Below, piece after piece: positions 18,073 through 27,499 of a stretch of 32,000 nucleotides of DNA. Source of the DNA: Archaeoglobus fulgidus DSM 4304. Its GTDB lineage: Archaea; Halobacteriota; Archaeoglobi; Archaeoglobales; Archaeoglobaceae. Location: assembly GCF_000008665.1 (NCBI RefSeq), contig NC_000917.1, positions 900,001 to 932,000 of the forward strand, read 5' to 3'. Numbering within the stretch: the stretch's first letter is position 1; each line of letters begins with the position of its first letter. The position numbers were made by a program, and so were the translations under genes. The notes below the pieces were generated by a model. It worked only from the letters and a program-made list of their open reading frames with translations. It did not search any database and was not told the DNA's origin.

Positions 18073-18739
18073 TCTCTATTTTCCCATCCCTCAGCCTTAT
18101 CACTCTGTCACCGTATTTCGCAAGCGAGGGGTCGTGAGTAACCAGAATCACCGTAACTCCAAGCACCTCGTTCTGGTGTCTTATGATTTCCATGACCTGC
18201 TCACCAGATTTTGTGTCCAAATTTCCAGTTGGCTCGTCGCAAAGCAGAATTTTCGGGTTGTTCGCCAGAGCTCTTGCAATCGCAACTCTCTGCTGCTGCC
18301 CTCCGCTCATCTCGTTGGGCTTGCGGTTCATCTCCTTCTCAAGCCCGACGTTTTTCAGAAGCTCCTTCGCCCTTTCCTCCCTCTCCCTTCTCCCCACGCC
18401 CTTGAATATCATCGGAAGCTCCACGTTCTCAAGAGCGGTCAAAGTCGGAATGAGGTTATAGGTCTGGAAGATGAAACCGATTGTGTCCCTTCTAAGCTCC
18501 GTGAGCCGGTTGTCGTTCAAACTGGACGTTTCAACCCCGTTAATCAGCACCTCTCCCTCAGTCGGCTTGTCGAGACAGCCGATAAGATTGAGAAGAGTTG
18601 ACTTTCCGCTTCCCGAGGGCCCCATGATCACGACGAACTCTCCCTCCTCAACATCCATGCTCACTCCGTCAAGAGCCCTCACTTCATAATACTCCGTTCT
18701 GTAAATTTTGTAAACATTCCTCAGCTCTACGACCTTCAT
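18053..18739 (-). CDS. MacB/LolD-type ABC transporter ATP-binding protein
   Basis: 228 aa; MGPSGSGKSTLLNLIGCLDKP, MSGGQQQRVAIARALANNPKILLCDEPTGNLDTKSG. Confidence 0.95.
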   Translation of the reverse strand: MKVVELRNVYKIYRTEYYEVRALDGVSMDVEEGEFVVIMGPSGSGKSTLLNLIGCLDKPTEGEVLINGVETSSLNDNRLTELRRDTIGFIFQTYNLIPTLTALENVELPMIFKGVGRREREERAKELLKNVGLEKEMNRKPNEMSGGQQQRVAIARALANNPKILLCDEPTGNLDTKSGEQVMEIIRHQNEVLGVTVILVTHDPSLAKYGDRVIRLRDGKIESVENVS

Positions 18740-20115
18740 TTTCTAATCTGCCTGTAAATCACAAAGCCCACTATTGCCAGAATAACAATTGCCACCGCAA
18801 TGGAGACGTAAGTCGGCATAGGATTTTCCTCAACCTCAGCCAGGCTTTTTCCTTTGAGCTCAACGGTTTTGGATATTGCAAAGGTCTCCCCTATTTCGTT
18901 CGACCACTGCACGGTAACCTTAACACTACCGTTGCACTCTACCGGCAGCTCAAAGCTCTGGAAGTCTGATGGGTCGATGTTGCCCATGAAGTAGTCAGCT
19001 CTGAAGTCGCCGCACTCGGCAACCGCATAGGCGTTGTAAACCTCACTCCTCCCGTTGTTGCTGACATCCCCTGAAACGCTGTACTTCAGCTTCTCCCTCA
19101 CCACATTGACGTTGGTGAGCATTACGGCATAGCTGTCGAGAACCGTAATTGTGAAATTTCTCTCCACACTCAGCCCATTTCCAAGCTCATCCTTGTAGTA
19201 AACTCTGAAAACAGCCTCTCCGTCACCAGCCTTTGAGGGGCTGAATTTAAAGCTCAAAGCCTTCCCCTCACCACTATCAAGCTTTGCTATGCTCACCGGA
19301 CTCGAAAAGCTTCCGAGAGATGATTCCGCGGATACTGTGATGTCGTAAATCGCATCGCTCCTCAGATTTGTGATTTCAAGGGGAATTGTTACCGCATCTC
19401 CGATGAAAAGGGACTTGTACGGAAATGTTACATTTAACACGACATTTTGCGGAGTTAAAAGCTTCACCACCACCTCTTTCTCAATTTCATGGTAGTTTCT
19501 GCCGTTGTAGAATGAAATTTTGAATTTCAGCCTGTTAGAATCCGGAATGAACTTGATTTTCCCCTCCTTTCCGCCAACGAAATCTCCGAGATAGACGGTC
19601 TTAGGTATAGCATCGAAGAGGGCCTCAACCCTCACGTCTTTAAGCTCCACCGGTGAGGAAACGTAAAAGCTGACCTCGTTCACAACCCCTCTGTAAACCG
19701 GAGAGGCGACCGTTAGAGAGGGGAAGTTGTCATCAACTAGAAGAAGTATGTTTTGTGTGATAGTCTGGGTAGTGGTGTTTTTTTCATCAACTCTGTATTC
19801 AGTAGCTATTTTAACCTCAAGGTTCTCTCTCCCGACCTTTTCTGCCTTAACCGAGAAGGTTATGGAGTAGCTCCCTCCACCCGGTATTGTGCCTACAGAG
19901 TAGATTGCCGACGGCTCGGCCTTCGCTCCCGAAACCACAATGGAGTTAACCTTCACATCAGAAGCGGAGGGATTTGTCAGAGTGAGCGTCACGTCTGCGT
20001 AATCGCCGGGGAGGAGAATTTCAGGAGATATCTGGTAGCTTACCGAAACGCCCTCTGCGTGGACTGCCTCAACAGCAAGCAGGAGGACCGCTAAGACCAA
20101 CAGAACTTTTTGCAT
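18736..20115 (-). CDS. COG1361-type extracytoplasmic protein with NEW3-like domains and C-terminal TM, exporter-linked
   Basis: 459 aa; signal peptide; VSYQISPEILLPGDYADVTLTLTNPSASDVKVNSIVVSG; NPMPTYVSIAVAIVILAIVGFVIYRQIRK; ATGA overlap with the ABC ATPase gene. Confidence 0.8.
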   Translation of the reverse strand: MQKVLLVLAVLLLAVEAVHAEGVSVSYQISPEILLPGDYADVTLTLTNPSASDVKVNSIVVSGAKAEPSAIYSVGTIPGGGSYSITFSVKAEKVGRENLEVKIATEYRVDEKNTTTQTITQNILLLVDDNFPSLTVASPVYRGVVNEVSFYVSSPVELKDVRVEALFDAIPKTVYLGDFVGGKEGKIKFIPDSNRLKFKISFYNGRNYHEIEKEVVVKLLTPQNVVLNVTFPYKSLFIGDAVTIPLEITNLRSDAIYDITVSAESSLGSFSSPVSIAKLDSGEGKALSFKFSPSKAGDGEAVFRVYYKDELGNGLSVERNFTITVLDSYAVMLTNVNVVREKLKYSVSGDVSNNGRSEVYNAYAVAECGDFRADYFMGNIDPSDFQSFELPVECNGSVKVTVQWSNEIGETFAISKTVELKGKSLAEVEENPMPTYVSIAVAIVILAIVGFVIYRQIRK

Positions 20116-20145
20116 GATAACAAGAAGCCATCGCAGTATATATGG

Positions 20146-20664
20146 TTAACTTATCAGAACCTTTTCAACCCCCTCAACCCGCAGGATTTCCTCAACAACA
20201 GCTCCGGGAATCTTCGTTTCGGTTACAACTGTCAGCTTCGACTCCACGCTCAGCTCAGGGTCTTCGGCGAGGATGTACCTTATCGAGATGCCGGCGTTGG
20301 CGAGGGCTGAGGCAACACCTGCCACAATCCCGACTTTGGTGCTTTCAGCGTAAACCTCAAGAACGCCGAAGCCGAGAATTCTTGCCACCTCAGCTATATT
20401 TGCCACGGGCTTTAAGGCTGAGAAGACTTTGCTAAGCTCTTCATCACTCTCAATGTTCTGAATGGCTGCAAGAACCACCTTTCTGTCAACACCTATTGCT
20501 TCAGCAATTTTGGTCGGAACCAGCTCTATGTCCCCGCAGTAAGCTTTCCCATTCCTGACAGAGATGCCAAGCCTCAAAAATTCCCTCGCTACTGCGATTT
20601 GAGAAGGGTACTTTTCAAACTTTTCAGCGACTTTTTTCCACATATTTGAATTTTTGTCGTTCAA
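20146..20664 (-). CDS. Predicted regulator with C-terminal ACT domain
   Basis: 172 aa; N-terminal helical region PSQIAVAREFLRLGISVRNGKAYCGDIELVPTKIAEAIGVDRKVV, ACT-like GVLEVYAESTKVGIVAGVASALANAGISIRYILAEDPEL. Confidence 0.75.
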   Translation of the reverse strand: MNDKNSNMWKKVAEKFEKYPSQIAVAREFLRLGISVRNGKAYCGDIELVPTKIAEAIGVDRKVVLAAIQNIESDEELSKVFSALKPVANIAEVARILGFGVLEVYAESTKVGIVAGVASALANAGISIRYILAEDPELSVESKLTVVTETKIPGAVVEEILRVEGVEKVLIS

Positions 20665-20670
20665 CTATTA

Positions 20671-20680
20671 AACTTTATAT
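20671..20680 (+). promoter_or_regulatory. TATA-like element upstream of ABC ATPase 20701
   Basis: aactttatat, 21-30 nt before the GTG start at 20701, in a short divergent intergenic region. Confidence 0.45.
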
Positions 20681-20700
20681 CCTCAAGTTGAGATACAAAG

Positions 20701-21528
20701 GTGCTCGAAGTAAGGAATCTCTTCAAAAGGTACGGTAGCTTTGAGGCCGTAAAGGGCATAAGCTTTTCGGTGAGGAGAGGAGAGGTTCTTGGTCTGATAG
20801 GGGAGAACGGAGCGGGAAAGTCTACAACGCTGAAAATCCTCGCCGGTTTGATTAGGCCCGATGGTGGAGAGGTGAGGTACTTCGGCAAGGATTTTGATGA
20901 AGAGATGAAAAGAATAATCGGATACCTGCCGGAGATTGACGCCCTTTACGACAACATGACCGTCTCCGAGTATCTCAACCTCTTTGCCGACATTTATGAC
21001 GTTAGAGCCGACATAGACGGCCTTCTTGAGAGGCTGAATTTACCCGACAAGTACATTTCGGACCTCTCAAAGGGAATGAGGAGGAAGGTCTCTATTGCCA
21101 GAACTCTTCTTCACGACCCAGAGGTGCTGGTTTACGACGAGCCAACCGGCGGGCTCGACCCAACGACTTCGCTGAGCATAGCCGAGCTTCTGAGAGAGCT
21201 TGCAGAAAGGGGAAAGATAATCGTCTTCTCCGCACACAACATGTACTACGTTGAGAGGATAGCCGACAAGGTTGTGGTGATGAAAGGAGGTAAAGCCCTG
21301 TATTTCGGAAGCCTTGAGGAGCTCATCGGTCAAAATACCATCTACAAAGTTGAGTACACCATTGACGGCAGAAAAGAGAGCGTAAAGCTCTTTGAGGTTG
21401 AAGAGCTTCTCGATTTTGCTGAAAAGGTCAGAAAGCAGGGAGGAAAGATAATTGAAATTGAAAGAGAGGTTCCGAGGCTCGAAAATGTCTACTTCAGCCT
21501 GATAGGGAGAAAAGAAATTAAAGCATAG
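20701..21528 (+). CDS. ABC transporter ATP-binding protein with no adjacent permease
   Basis: 275 aa; GENGAGKSTTLKIL, LSKGMRRKVSIARTLLHDPEVLVYDEPTGGLDP. Confidence 0.92.
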   Translation: MLEVRNLFKRYGSFEAVKGISFSVRRGEVLGLIGENGAGKSTTLKILAGLIRPDGGEVRYFGKDFDEEMKRIIGYLPEIDALYDNMTVSEYLNLFADIYDVRADIDGLLERLNLPDKYISDLSKGMRRKVSIARTLLHDPEVLVYDEPTGGLDPTTSLSIAELLRELAERGKIIVFSAHNMYYVERIADKVVVMKGGKALYFGSLEELIGQNTIYKVEYTIDGRKESVKLFEVEELLDFAEKVRKQGGKIIEIEREVPRLENVYFSLIGRKEIKA

Positions 21529-21541
21529 CAATACAAAAATC

Positions 21542-21925
21542 ATGGATATCAGATTCAGAGTATGGATTGAGAAGGGGGGCAACCACGTTGCGGGAAAGGG
21601 TGGCGTTGCGATTTTAAAGGCGATAGAGGAGGAGGGTTCAATTTCCGCGGCGAGCAAAAAGCTGGGGATGTCCTACCGCTACGTGTGGGGGTACATAAAG
21701 AAAATGGAGGAGGTCATTGGAAAGGTCGTTGAGAGCGAGAAGGGGGGGAGTGGTGGGGGTAAAACCGTCTTAACAGAGAAGGGAAGGGAGATCGTAAGGC
21801 TCTACGAGTTTTACGAGAGCATTGTTAAAAAGCTCGCCAGTGGAGATTTCGAAAGGGTGGAGGTGAGGGACGGAAAAGTAACTCCCGAAGTTCAAGACGG
21901 AGAGTACGTTTTGATAAAACTTTAG
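21542..21925 (+). CDS. ModE N-terminal-like winged HTH regulator without molybdate-binding domain
   Basis: 127 aa; GGVAILKAIEEEGSISAASKKLGMSYRYVWGYIKKMEEVIGKVVESEKGGSGGGKTVLTEKGREIVRLY. Confidence 0.85.
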   Translation: MDIRFRVWIEKGGNHVAGKGGVAILKAIEEEGSISAASKKLGMSYRYVWGYIKKMEEVIGKVVESEKGGSGGGKTVLTEKGREIVRLYEFYESIVKKLASGDFERVEVRDGKVTPEVQDGEYVLIKL

Positions 21926-23016
21926 AGAAACAGGCTCTTCACAAGGTAAAAGGCGAGGGAGGGTTTTCTCAAAAGCCTAAAGCTGATATCCGCAGCTTTT
22001 CTGATGAGAGTTGAGGGGCTGTCCATGTGCACACCCCTGAAATCAAAATCTGCCATTGCCGAGAAAAGCTGCTCCAGCTTTTCGTCAGGAAGAGAGTACA
22101 GCTTTCTCACCGCATAGCCAAACCTGTACTCCCTCCCCATTTCCTTCAGATAGCTCTTCTCGTAGCCTTTCAAATCCGGAAACGATTCGGCAAGCTTTTC
22201 TGCGGCGATAAGGTGATAGTAAAGCCCACCTCCCGTGTAGGGCTTCACCATCCCTGCAGCATCGCCGATCAGAGCAACGTCTCTCTTCGAGAACTTAACG
22301 AGCCTGTCGGGAATCGCCCCTGCGTTCAGCTCCACAGCGCTCCCCTCCACCCTGCCGGACACTGAAGGATGCCTTTTCATCAGATTTTCCAGATAGCGCA
22401 GCGGACTGCTTCTGCTGACAACTCCGATTCTTGCGGTATCGCCGAGCGGTATGGCGTAGGCGAAAAAGGAGTCGCTCCAGTTCCCGCCAAAGTAGAGCTC
22501 AACGCAATTCTCGTCGAGCGGCTCGAACTTCGCCTCGACCTGGACTGCGGTAAAAAACCCCATTGTGGGGAAGCCGAAGTGCTCTCTAACAGTGGAGTTC
22601 ACACCATCCGCTCCGATTATTTTCTCTGCTGAAACTTCTCTGGACGGAGTTATAATCCTGAAACCATTCAACCGAGCCTTTTCCTTTACAAAAACCTTCG
22701 CTCTCTCAGCAGCTCTCTCAAAAAGCAATCTGTCGAGAATTTTCCTCTCAACGACCACCGCTTCTCCTCTGCCTTCCAGAACAATTTTTCCGGATGGAGA
22801 GAAGAAGAACGCCCCCTTTATGTGATTTTCAATTGCCTTTTCAGCCTTGCAGTGCTCCTTCAGCTTTTTATAGCATTTATCACTCACCAGCCCTGCACAC
22901 TGAACTGGAAAGCCGGCGCTCTGGTGCTCCTCGAAAAGCGCAACGTCGTAGCTTTTCCCGAGCAAAATTGCTGCAAGACTTCCGGCAGGACCCCCACCGA
23001 CTACTGCAGCATCCAC
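21922..23016 (-). CDS. Geranylgeranyl reductase family FAD-dependent oxidoreductase
   Basis: 364 aa; AAVVGGGPAGSLAAILL, FPVQCAGLVSDKCYKKL, GADGVNSTVREHFG, VALIGDAAGMVKPYTGGGLYYHLIAAE. Confidence 0.9.
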   Translation of the reverse strand: MDAAVVGGGPAGSLAAILLGKSYDVALFEEHQSAGFPVQCAGLVSDKCYKKLKEHCKAEKAIENHIKGAFFFSPSGKIVLEGRGEAVVVERKILDRLLFERAAERAKVFVKEKARLNGFRIITPSREVSAEKIIGADGVNSTVREHFGFPTMGFFTAVQVEAKFEPLDENCVELYFGGNWSDSFFAYAIPLGDTARIGVVSRSSPLRYLENLMKRHPSVSGRVEGSAVELNAGAIPDRLVKFSKRDVALIGDAAGMVKPYTGGGLYYHLIAAEKLAESFPDLKGYEKSYLKEMGREYRFGYAVRKLYSLPDEKLEQLFSAMADFDFRGVHMDSPSTLIRKAADISFRLLRKPSLAFYLVKSLFL

Positions 23017-23066
23017 AAGCTGCCTCTGAGGATTAATTTTTTATCTTTTCTATCCAATTCACTTCG

Positions 23067-26000
23067 ATGATTCCCGTTGTCTACTCAAACCTCTGCCCCG
23101 TGTGCGGGGGCGACCTTGAAAGCAAAGAGATTGAGAAGCACGTATGCTTCAGAAAAAAGAGGTCGCTTTGCCTTTTTCCCGAGGACTTCCTTCTTAAGGA
23201 ATTCGTCGAATTCTTCAGAAAATGCGTGGGTGAGCCGAGAGCGATACAGAAAATGTGGGCGAAGAGGATACTGCGTAAAGAGAGCTTCGCCGCAACAGCT
23301 CCCACAGGAGTTGGCAAAACTTCCTTCGGCCTTGCAATGTCCCTCTTCCTTGCCTTAAAGGGAAAAAGGTGCTACGTAATTTTCCCAACTTCCCTGCTGG
23401 TAATTCAAGCAGCCGAAACCATCAGAAAGTATGCGGAAAAGGCTGGAGTTGGGACTGAGAATCTCATCGGCTACTATCATGGCAGAATCCCTAAGAGGGA
23501 AAAGGAGAACTTCATGCAGAACCTGAGAAACTTCAAAATTGTTATAACAACAACACAGTTCCTGTCCAAACACTACAGGGAGCTTGGACATTTTGACTTC
23601 ATTTTTGTTGACGATGTCGATGCAATCCTGAAAGCCTCGAAGAACGTTGACAAGCTTCTTCATTTGCTCGGCTTCCATTACGACTTGAAGACGAAAAGCT
23701 GGGTGGGCGAGGCGAGAGGCTGTCTGATGGTTTCCACTGCAACGGCGAAGAAGGGTAAGAAGGCCGAGCTTTTCAGGCAGCTTCTGAACTTCGACATAGG
23801 CTCTTCGAGGATTACGGTCAGGAATGTTGAGGATGTTGCGGTGAACGATGAGAGCATCTCAACGCTCTCATCAATACTCGAAAAGCTCGGAACAGGGGGC
23901 ATAATCTACGCCAGAACTGGTGAGGAGGCGGAAGAAATTTACGAATCTCTTAAGAACAAGTTCAGAATCGGAATAGTTACGGCAACCAAAAAGGGAGACT
24001 ACGAAAAATTCGTTGAGGGGGAGATAGACCACCTGATTGGCACAGCGCACTACTACGGGACGCTTGTGAGGGGATTGGACCTGCCAGAAAGGATAAGGTT
24101 TGCCGTTTTCGTCGGATGTCCCTCTTTCAGGGTCACAATTGAGGACATAGACTCGCTAAGTCCTCAGATGGTCAAGCTCCTCGCCTACCTCTACCGCAAC
24201 GTTGACGAGATTGAAAGGCTCCTGCCCGCAGTTGAAAGGCACATTGACGAAGTGAGGGAGATTCTGAAAAAGGTTATGGGCAAGGAGAGGCCTCAGGCTA
24301 AAGACGTTGTTGTGAGAGAGGGAGAGGTTATTTTTCCCGACCTGAGAACCTACATCCAGGGTTCGGGCAGAACTTCGAGGCTCTTTGCCGGAGGATTGAC
24401 GAAGGGAGCAAGCTTCTTGCTGGAAGACGATTCTGAGCTTCTCTCCGCCTTCATCGAGAGGGCAAAGCTTTACGACATCGAATTCAAGAGCATCGATGAA
24501 GTTGATTTTGAAAAGCTCTCCAGAGAGCTTGACGAGAGCAGGGACAGGTACAGAAGAAGGCAGGAGTTCGACCTGATAAAACCGGCGCTTTTCATCGTTG
24601 AGAGCCCCACAAAGGCGAGGCAGATCTCGCGCTTCTTCGGAAAACCGAGCGTGAAGGTTCTCGACGGCGCCGTTGTGTACGAGATTCCGATGCAGAAGTA
24701 CGTTCTGATGGTGACGGCAAGCATAGGACATGTTGTTGACCTTATCACCAACAGAGGATTTCACGGAGTGCTCGTCAACGGAAGGTTCGTCCCCGTCTAT
24801 GCATCCATCAAGAGGTGCAGGGACTGCGGTTACCAGTTCACGGAGGATAGGGAGAGCTGTCCGAAGTGCGGGAGCGAGAACGTGGACAATTCCAGGAGCA
24901 GAATTGAAGCCCTGAGAAAGCTCGCCCACGACGCTGAGTTCGTCATCGTCGGCACAGACCCTGACACCGAGGGGGAGAAGATAGCATGGGACCTCAAAAA
25001 CCTCCTTTCAGGCTGTGGAGCTGTTAAAAGAGCCGAGTTTCACGAGGTGACGAGAAGGGCAATTCTTGAAGCGTTAGAATCTCTGAGGGATGTGGATGAG
25101 AATCTCGTGAAGGCACAGGTTGTCAGGAGGATAGAAGACCGCTGGATTGGATTCGTTTTAAGCCAGAAGCTCTGGGAGAGGTTTAACAACCGCAATCTCT
25201 CCGCCGGAAGGGCTCAAACTCCGGTTCTCGGCTGGATAATAGACAGATTTCAGGAGTCGAGGGAGAGGAGGAAAATCGCCATTGTTCGGGACTTTGATCT
25301 GGTTCTTGAGCACGACGAGGAGGAGTTCGACCTCACCATTAAGCTTGTTGAGGAGAGGGAAGAGCTCAGAACGCCCCTTCCCCCCTACACAACCGAAACC
25401 ATGCTCAGCGATGCAAACAGAATACTGAAGTTTTCGGTCAAGCAAACGATGCAGATTGCCCAGGAGCTGTTCGAGAATGGTCTGATAACCTACCACAGAA
25501 CCGACTCAACGAGAGTGAGCGATGTAGGCCAAAGAATTGCAAAGGAGTATCTCGGAGACGACTTTGTCGGTAGAGAATGGGGAGAGAGTGGGGCGCATGA
25601 GTGCATAAGGCCAACAAGGCCGCTCACGAGGGATGACGTTCAGAGGCTGATTCAGGAAGGAGTGTTGGTGGTTGAAGGCCTGAGATGGGAGCACTTCGCC
25701 CTCTACGACCTAATTTTCAGGCGCTTTATGGCCTCACAATGCAGGCCGTTCAAGGTGGTGGTGAAGAAGTACTCGATAGAGTTCGACGGCAAAACGGCGG
25801 AGGAGGAAAGAATTGTAAGGGCTGAGGGACGGGCTTACGAGCTTTATAGAGCTGTGTGGGTTAAAAACGAGCTTCCAACGGGAACTTTCAGGGTTAAGGC
25901 TGAGGTTAAGAGTGTTCCGAAAGTTCTGCCGTTCACGCAGTCGGAGATAATCCAGATGATGAAGGAAAGGGGGATAGGCAGACCCTCGACCTACGCAACC

Positions 26001-26231
26001 ATAGTTGACAGGCTCTTCATGAGAAACTACGTCGTAGAAAAGTACGGAAGGATGATTCCGACAAAGCTGGGCATTGACGTTTTCAGGTTTTTGGTAAGAA
26101 GATACGCAAAATTCGTCTCAGAGGACAGAACAAGAGACTTGGAAAGCAGAATGGATGCAATCGAGCGCGGAGAGCTTGACTACCTCAAAGCTCTGGAAGA
26201 CCTGTATGCGGAGATAAAAAGTATAGATTAG
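23067..26231 (+). CDS. rgy: Reverse gyrase (helicase-like plus topoisomerase IA)
   Basis: 1054 aa; N-terminal zinc finger CPVCGGD, Walker A TAPTGVGKTSFGL, DDVD box, second zinc finger CRDCGYQFTEDRESCPKCG, TOPRIM FIVESPTKARQISRFFG, topo IA tyrosine NGLITYHRTDSTRVS. Confidence 0.98.
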   Translation: MIPVVYSNLCPVCGGDLESKEIEKHVCFRKKRSLCLFPEDFLLKEFVEFFRKCVGEPRAIQKMWAKRILRKESFAATAPTGVGKTSFGLAMSLFLALKGKRCYVIFPTSLLVIQAAETIRKYAEKAGVGTENLIGYYHGRIPKREKENFMQNLRNFKIVITTTQFLSKHYRELGHFDFIFVDDVDAILKASKNVDKLLHLLGFHYDLKTKSWVGEARGCLMVSTATAKKGKKAELFRQLLNFDIGSSRITVRNVEDVAVNDESISTLSSILEKLGTGGIIYARTGEEAEEIYESLKNKFRIGIVTATKKGDYEKFVEGEIDHLIGTAHYYGTLVRGLDLPERIRFAVFVGCPSFRVTIEDIDSLSPQMVKLLAYLYRNVDEIERLLPAVERHIDEVREILKKVMGKERPQAKDVVVREGEVIFPDLRTYIQGSGRTSRLFAGGLTKGASFLLEDDSELLSAFIERAKLYDIEFKSIDEVDFEKLSRELDESRDRYRRRQEFDLIKPALFIVESPTKARQISRFFGKPSVKVLDGAVVYEIPMQKYVLMVTASIGHVVDLITNRGFHGVLVNGRFVPVYASIKRCRDCGYQFTEDRESCPKCGSENVDNSRSRIEALRKLAHDAEFVIVGTDPDTEGEKIAWDLKNLLSGCGAVKRAEFHEVTRRAILEALESLRDVDENLVKAQVVRRIEDRWIGFVLSQKLWERFNNRNLSAGRAQTPVLGWIIDRFQESRERRKIAIVRDFDLVLEHDEEEFDLTIKLVEEREELRTPLPPYTTETMLSDANRILKFSVKQTMQIAQELFENGLITYHRTDSTRVSDVGQRIAKEYLGDDFVGREWGESGAHECIRPTRPLTRDDVQRLIQEGVLVVEGLRWEHFALYDLIFRRFMASQCRPFKVVVKKYSIEFDGKTAEEERIVRAEGRAYELYRAVWVKNELPTGTFRVKAEVKSVPKVLPFTQSEIIQMMKERGIGRPSTYATIVDRLFMRNYVVEKYGRMIPTKLGIDVFRFLVRRYAKFVSEDRTRDLESRMDAIERGELDYLKALEDLYAEIKSID

Positions 26232-27349
26232 GTTCTGAGAGATTCCGCTGGCTCAAAAATCTTCTTTCCATATTTTTTCGCCAGCTCCTCGAGCCTCCTT
26301 GCAACCCTCTCCTTTCCAAACTCTTCAAGGAGCTCAAACGGTCCTTTCTGCCTGCCGTATCCAAGCTTCAGAGCGATGTCGATGTCTTCAGGCTTCGCCA
26401 CTCCCATTTCAACGAGCTTAACCGCTTCGTTTATTTCGACCATCAGAAAATCCTCGACGTTGATTTTGCCTGTTGCCTTGCTCAGGTCAATTTTTGGCTT
26501 ACCACCACTCCAGTCGTACCACCCCCTGCCCGTTTTTCTTCCAAGCCTGCCTTCCTCAACCATTTTCCTAACCCTTTCGGGCGGTTCGTATTCGGGGCTA
26601 ACTGCTCTGGCAAAGTATCTGGCAGCATTGTAATTGACATCTATCCCAACGTAATCTGCAAGCTCAAAGGGACCCATAGGATAACCCGCTTTTCTGAAAG
26701 CTGCATCAACTTCCTCAGGCGTTAAATTCTCGGCCTCAACCACTGCATGAAGCAAAACGCCTCTTGGTGCAACAACTCTATTGGCAATGAACCCCGGCAC
26801 GTCCTTCTCCACTCTCACCGGCGTTTTGCCGATGCTCTTCACGAACTCAACAAGCAAGTCCATTACCTCGTCGCTGGTCTTCTCTCCCCTTATAACCTCA
26901 ACCAGCCTCATCAAGACTGGCGGGTTGAAGAAGTGCAGGCCTGCAAACTTCTCAGGCCTTGAGGTGAAGTCTGCGAGCATGGTTATTCTCATTGTTGAGG
27001 TGTTGGAGGTGAAGATGCAGTCCGGCTTTGCCAGCTTGTCAACCTCCTCCCAGACCTGCTTCTTGATTTCAACCACTTCTGGAACTGCCTCTATAACCAA
27101 GTCGGCATCCTTAACAGCCTCCTCCAGATCTACTGTTGGCTTTATTCTGGAAAGGACTTCTTCGGCGCTCTTTATTTTGCCCTTCTGCTCGAGCTTCGCA
27201 AGGCTCTCCTTTATCATGTTCATTCCTCTGTCAACAAACTCCTGCTTGATGTCCCTCATTGTCACGTTGTAGCCCGCCATCGCGCAGACTTCAGCAATTC
27301 CGTGTCCCATCAGCCCGGCACCGAGAACTGCAACGGTTTTTATCTCCAT
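26228..27349 (-). CDS. 3-hydroxyacyl-CoA dehydrogenase
   Basis: Rossmann MEIKTVAVLGAGLMGHGIAEVCAMAGYNVTMRD, VIEAVPE, FTSNTSTMRIT, GLHFFNPPVLMRLVEVI. ATG at 27349 is the likely start (track 27361 uses an upstream Met). Confidence 0.93.
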   Translation of the reverse strand: MEIKTVAVLGAGLMGHGIAEVCAMAGYNVTMRDIKQEFVDRGMNMIKESLAKLEQKGKIKSAEEVLSRIKPTVDLEEAVKDADLVIEAVPEVVEIKKQVWEEVDKLAKPDCIFTSNTSTMRITMLADFTSRPEKFAGLHFFNPPVLMRLVEVIRGEKTSDEVMDLLVEFVKSIGKTPVRVEKDVPGFIANRVVAPRGVLLHAVVEAENLTPEEVDAAFRKAGYPMGPFELADYVGIDVNYNAARYFARAVSPEYEPPERVRKMVEEGRLGRKTGRGWYDWSGGKPKIDLSKATGKINVEDFLMVEINEAVKLVEMGVAKPEDIDIALKLGYGRQKGPFELLEEFGKERVARRLEELAKKYGKKIFEPAESLRT

Positions 27350-27499
27350 TTTTACCACCACTCATATTTGGAATCCTCCTTTATAATTCTTACTATTTTT
27401 ACGAAATTTTTTCAAATAAATTTCAAAGTATGTCAAATCAAAATCTTAAATTGAGATAAAATTGCGAAAGATTTAAAACTTTTCGGTAGGAGTTCATGC

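Noticed and set aside
23077-26060. Many long minus- and plus-strand ORFs within reverse gyrase (e.g. 24156-24929, 24470-24751)
   Set aside because: These are frame shadows of a 3.2-kb conserved gene. The translations show no domains.
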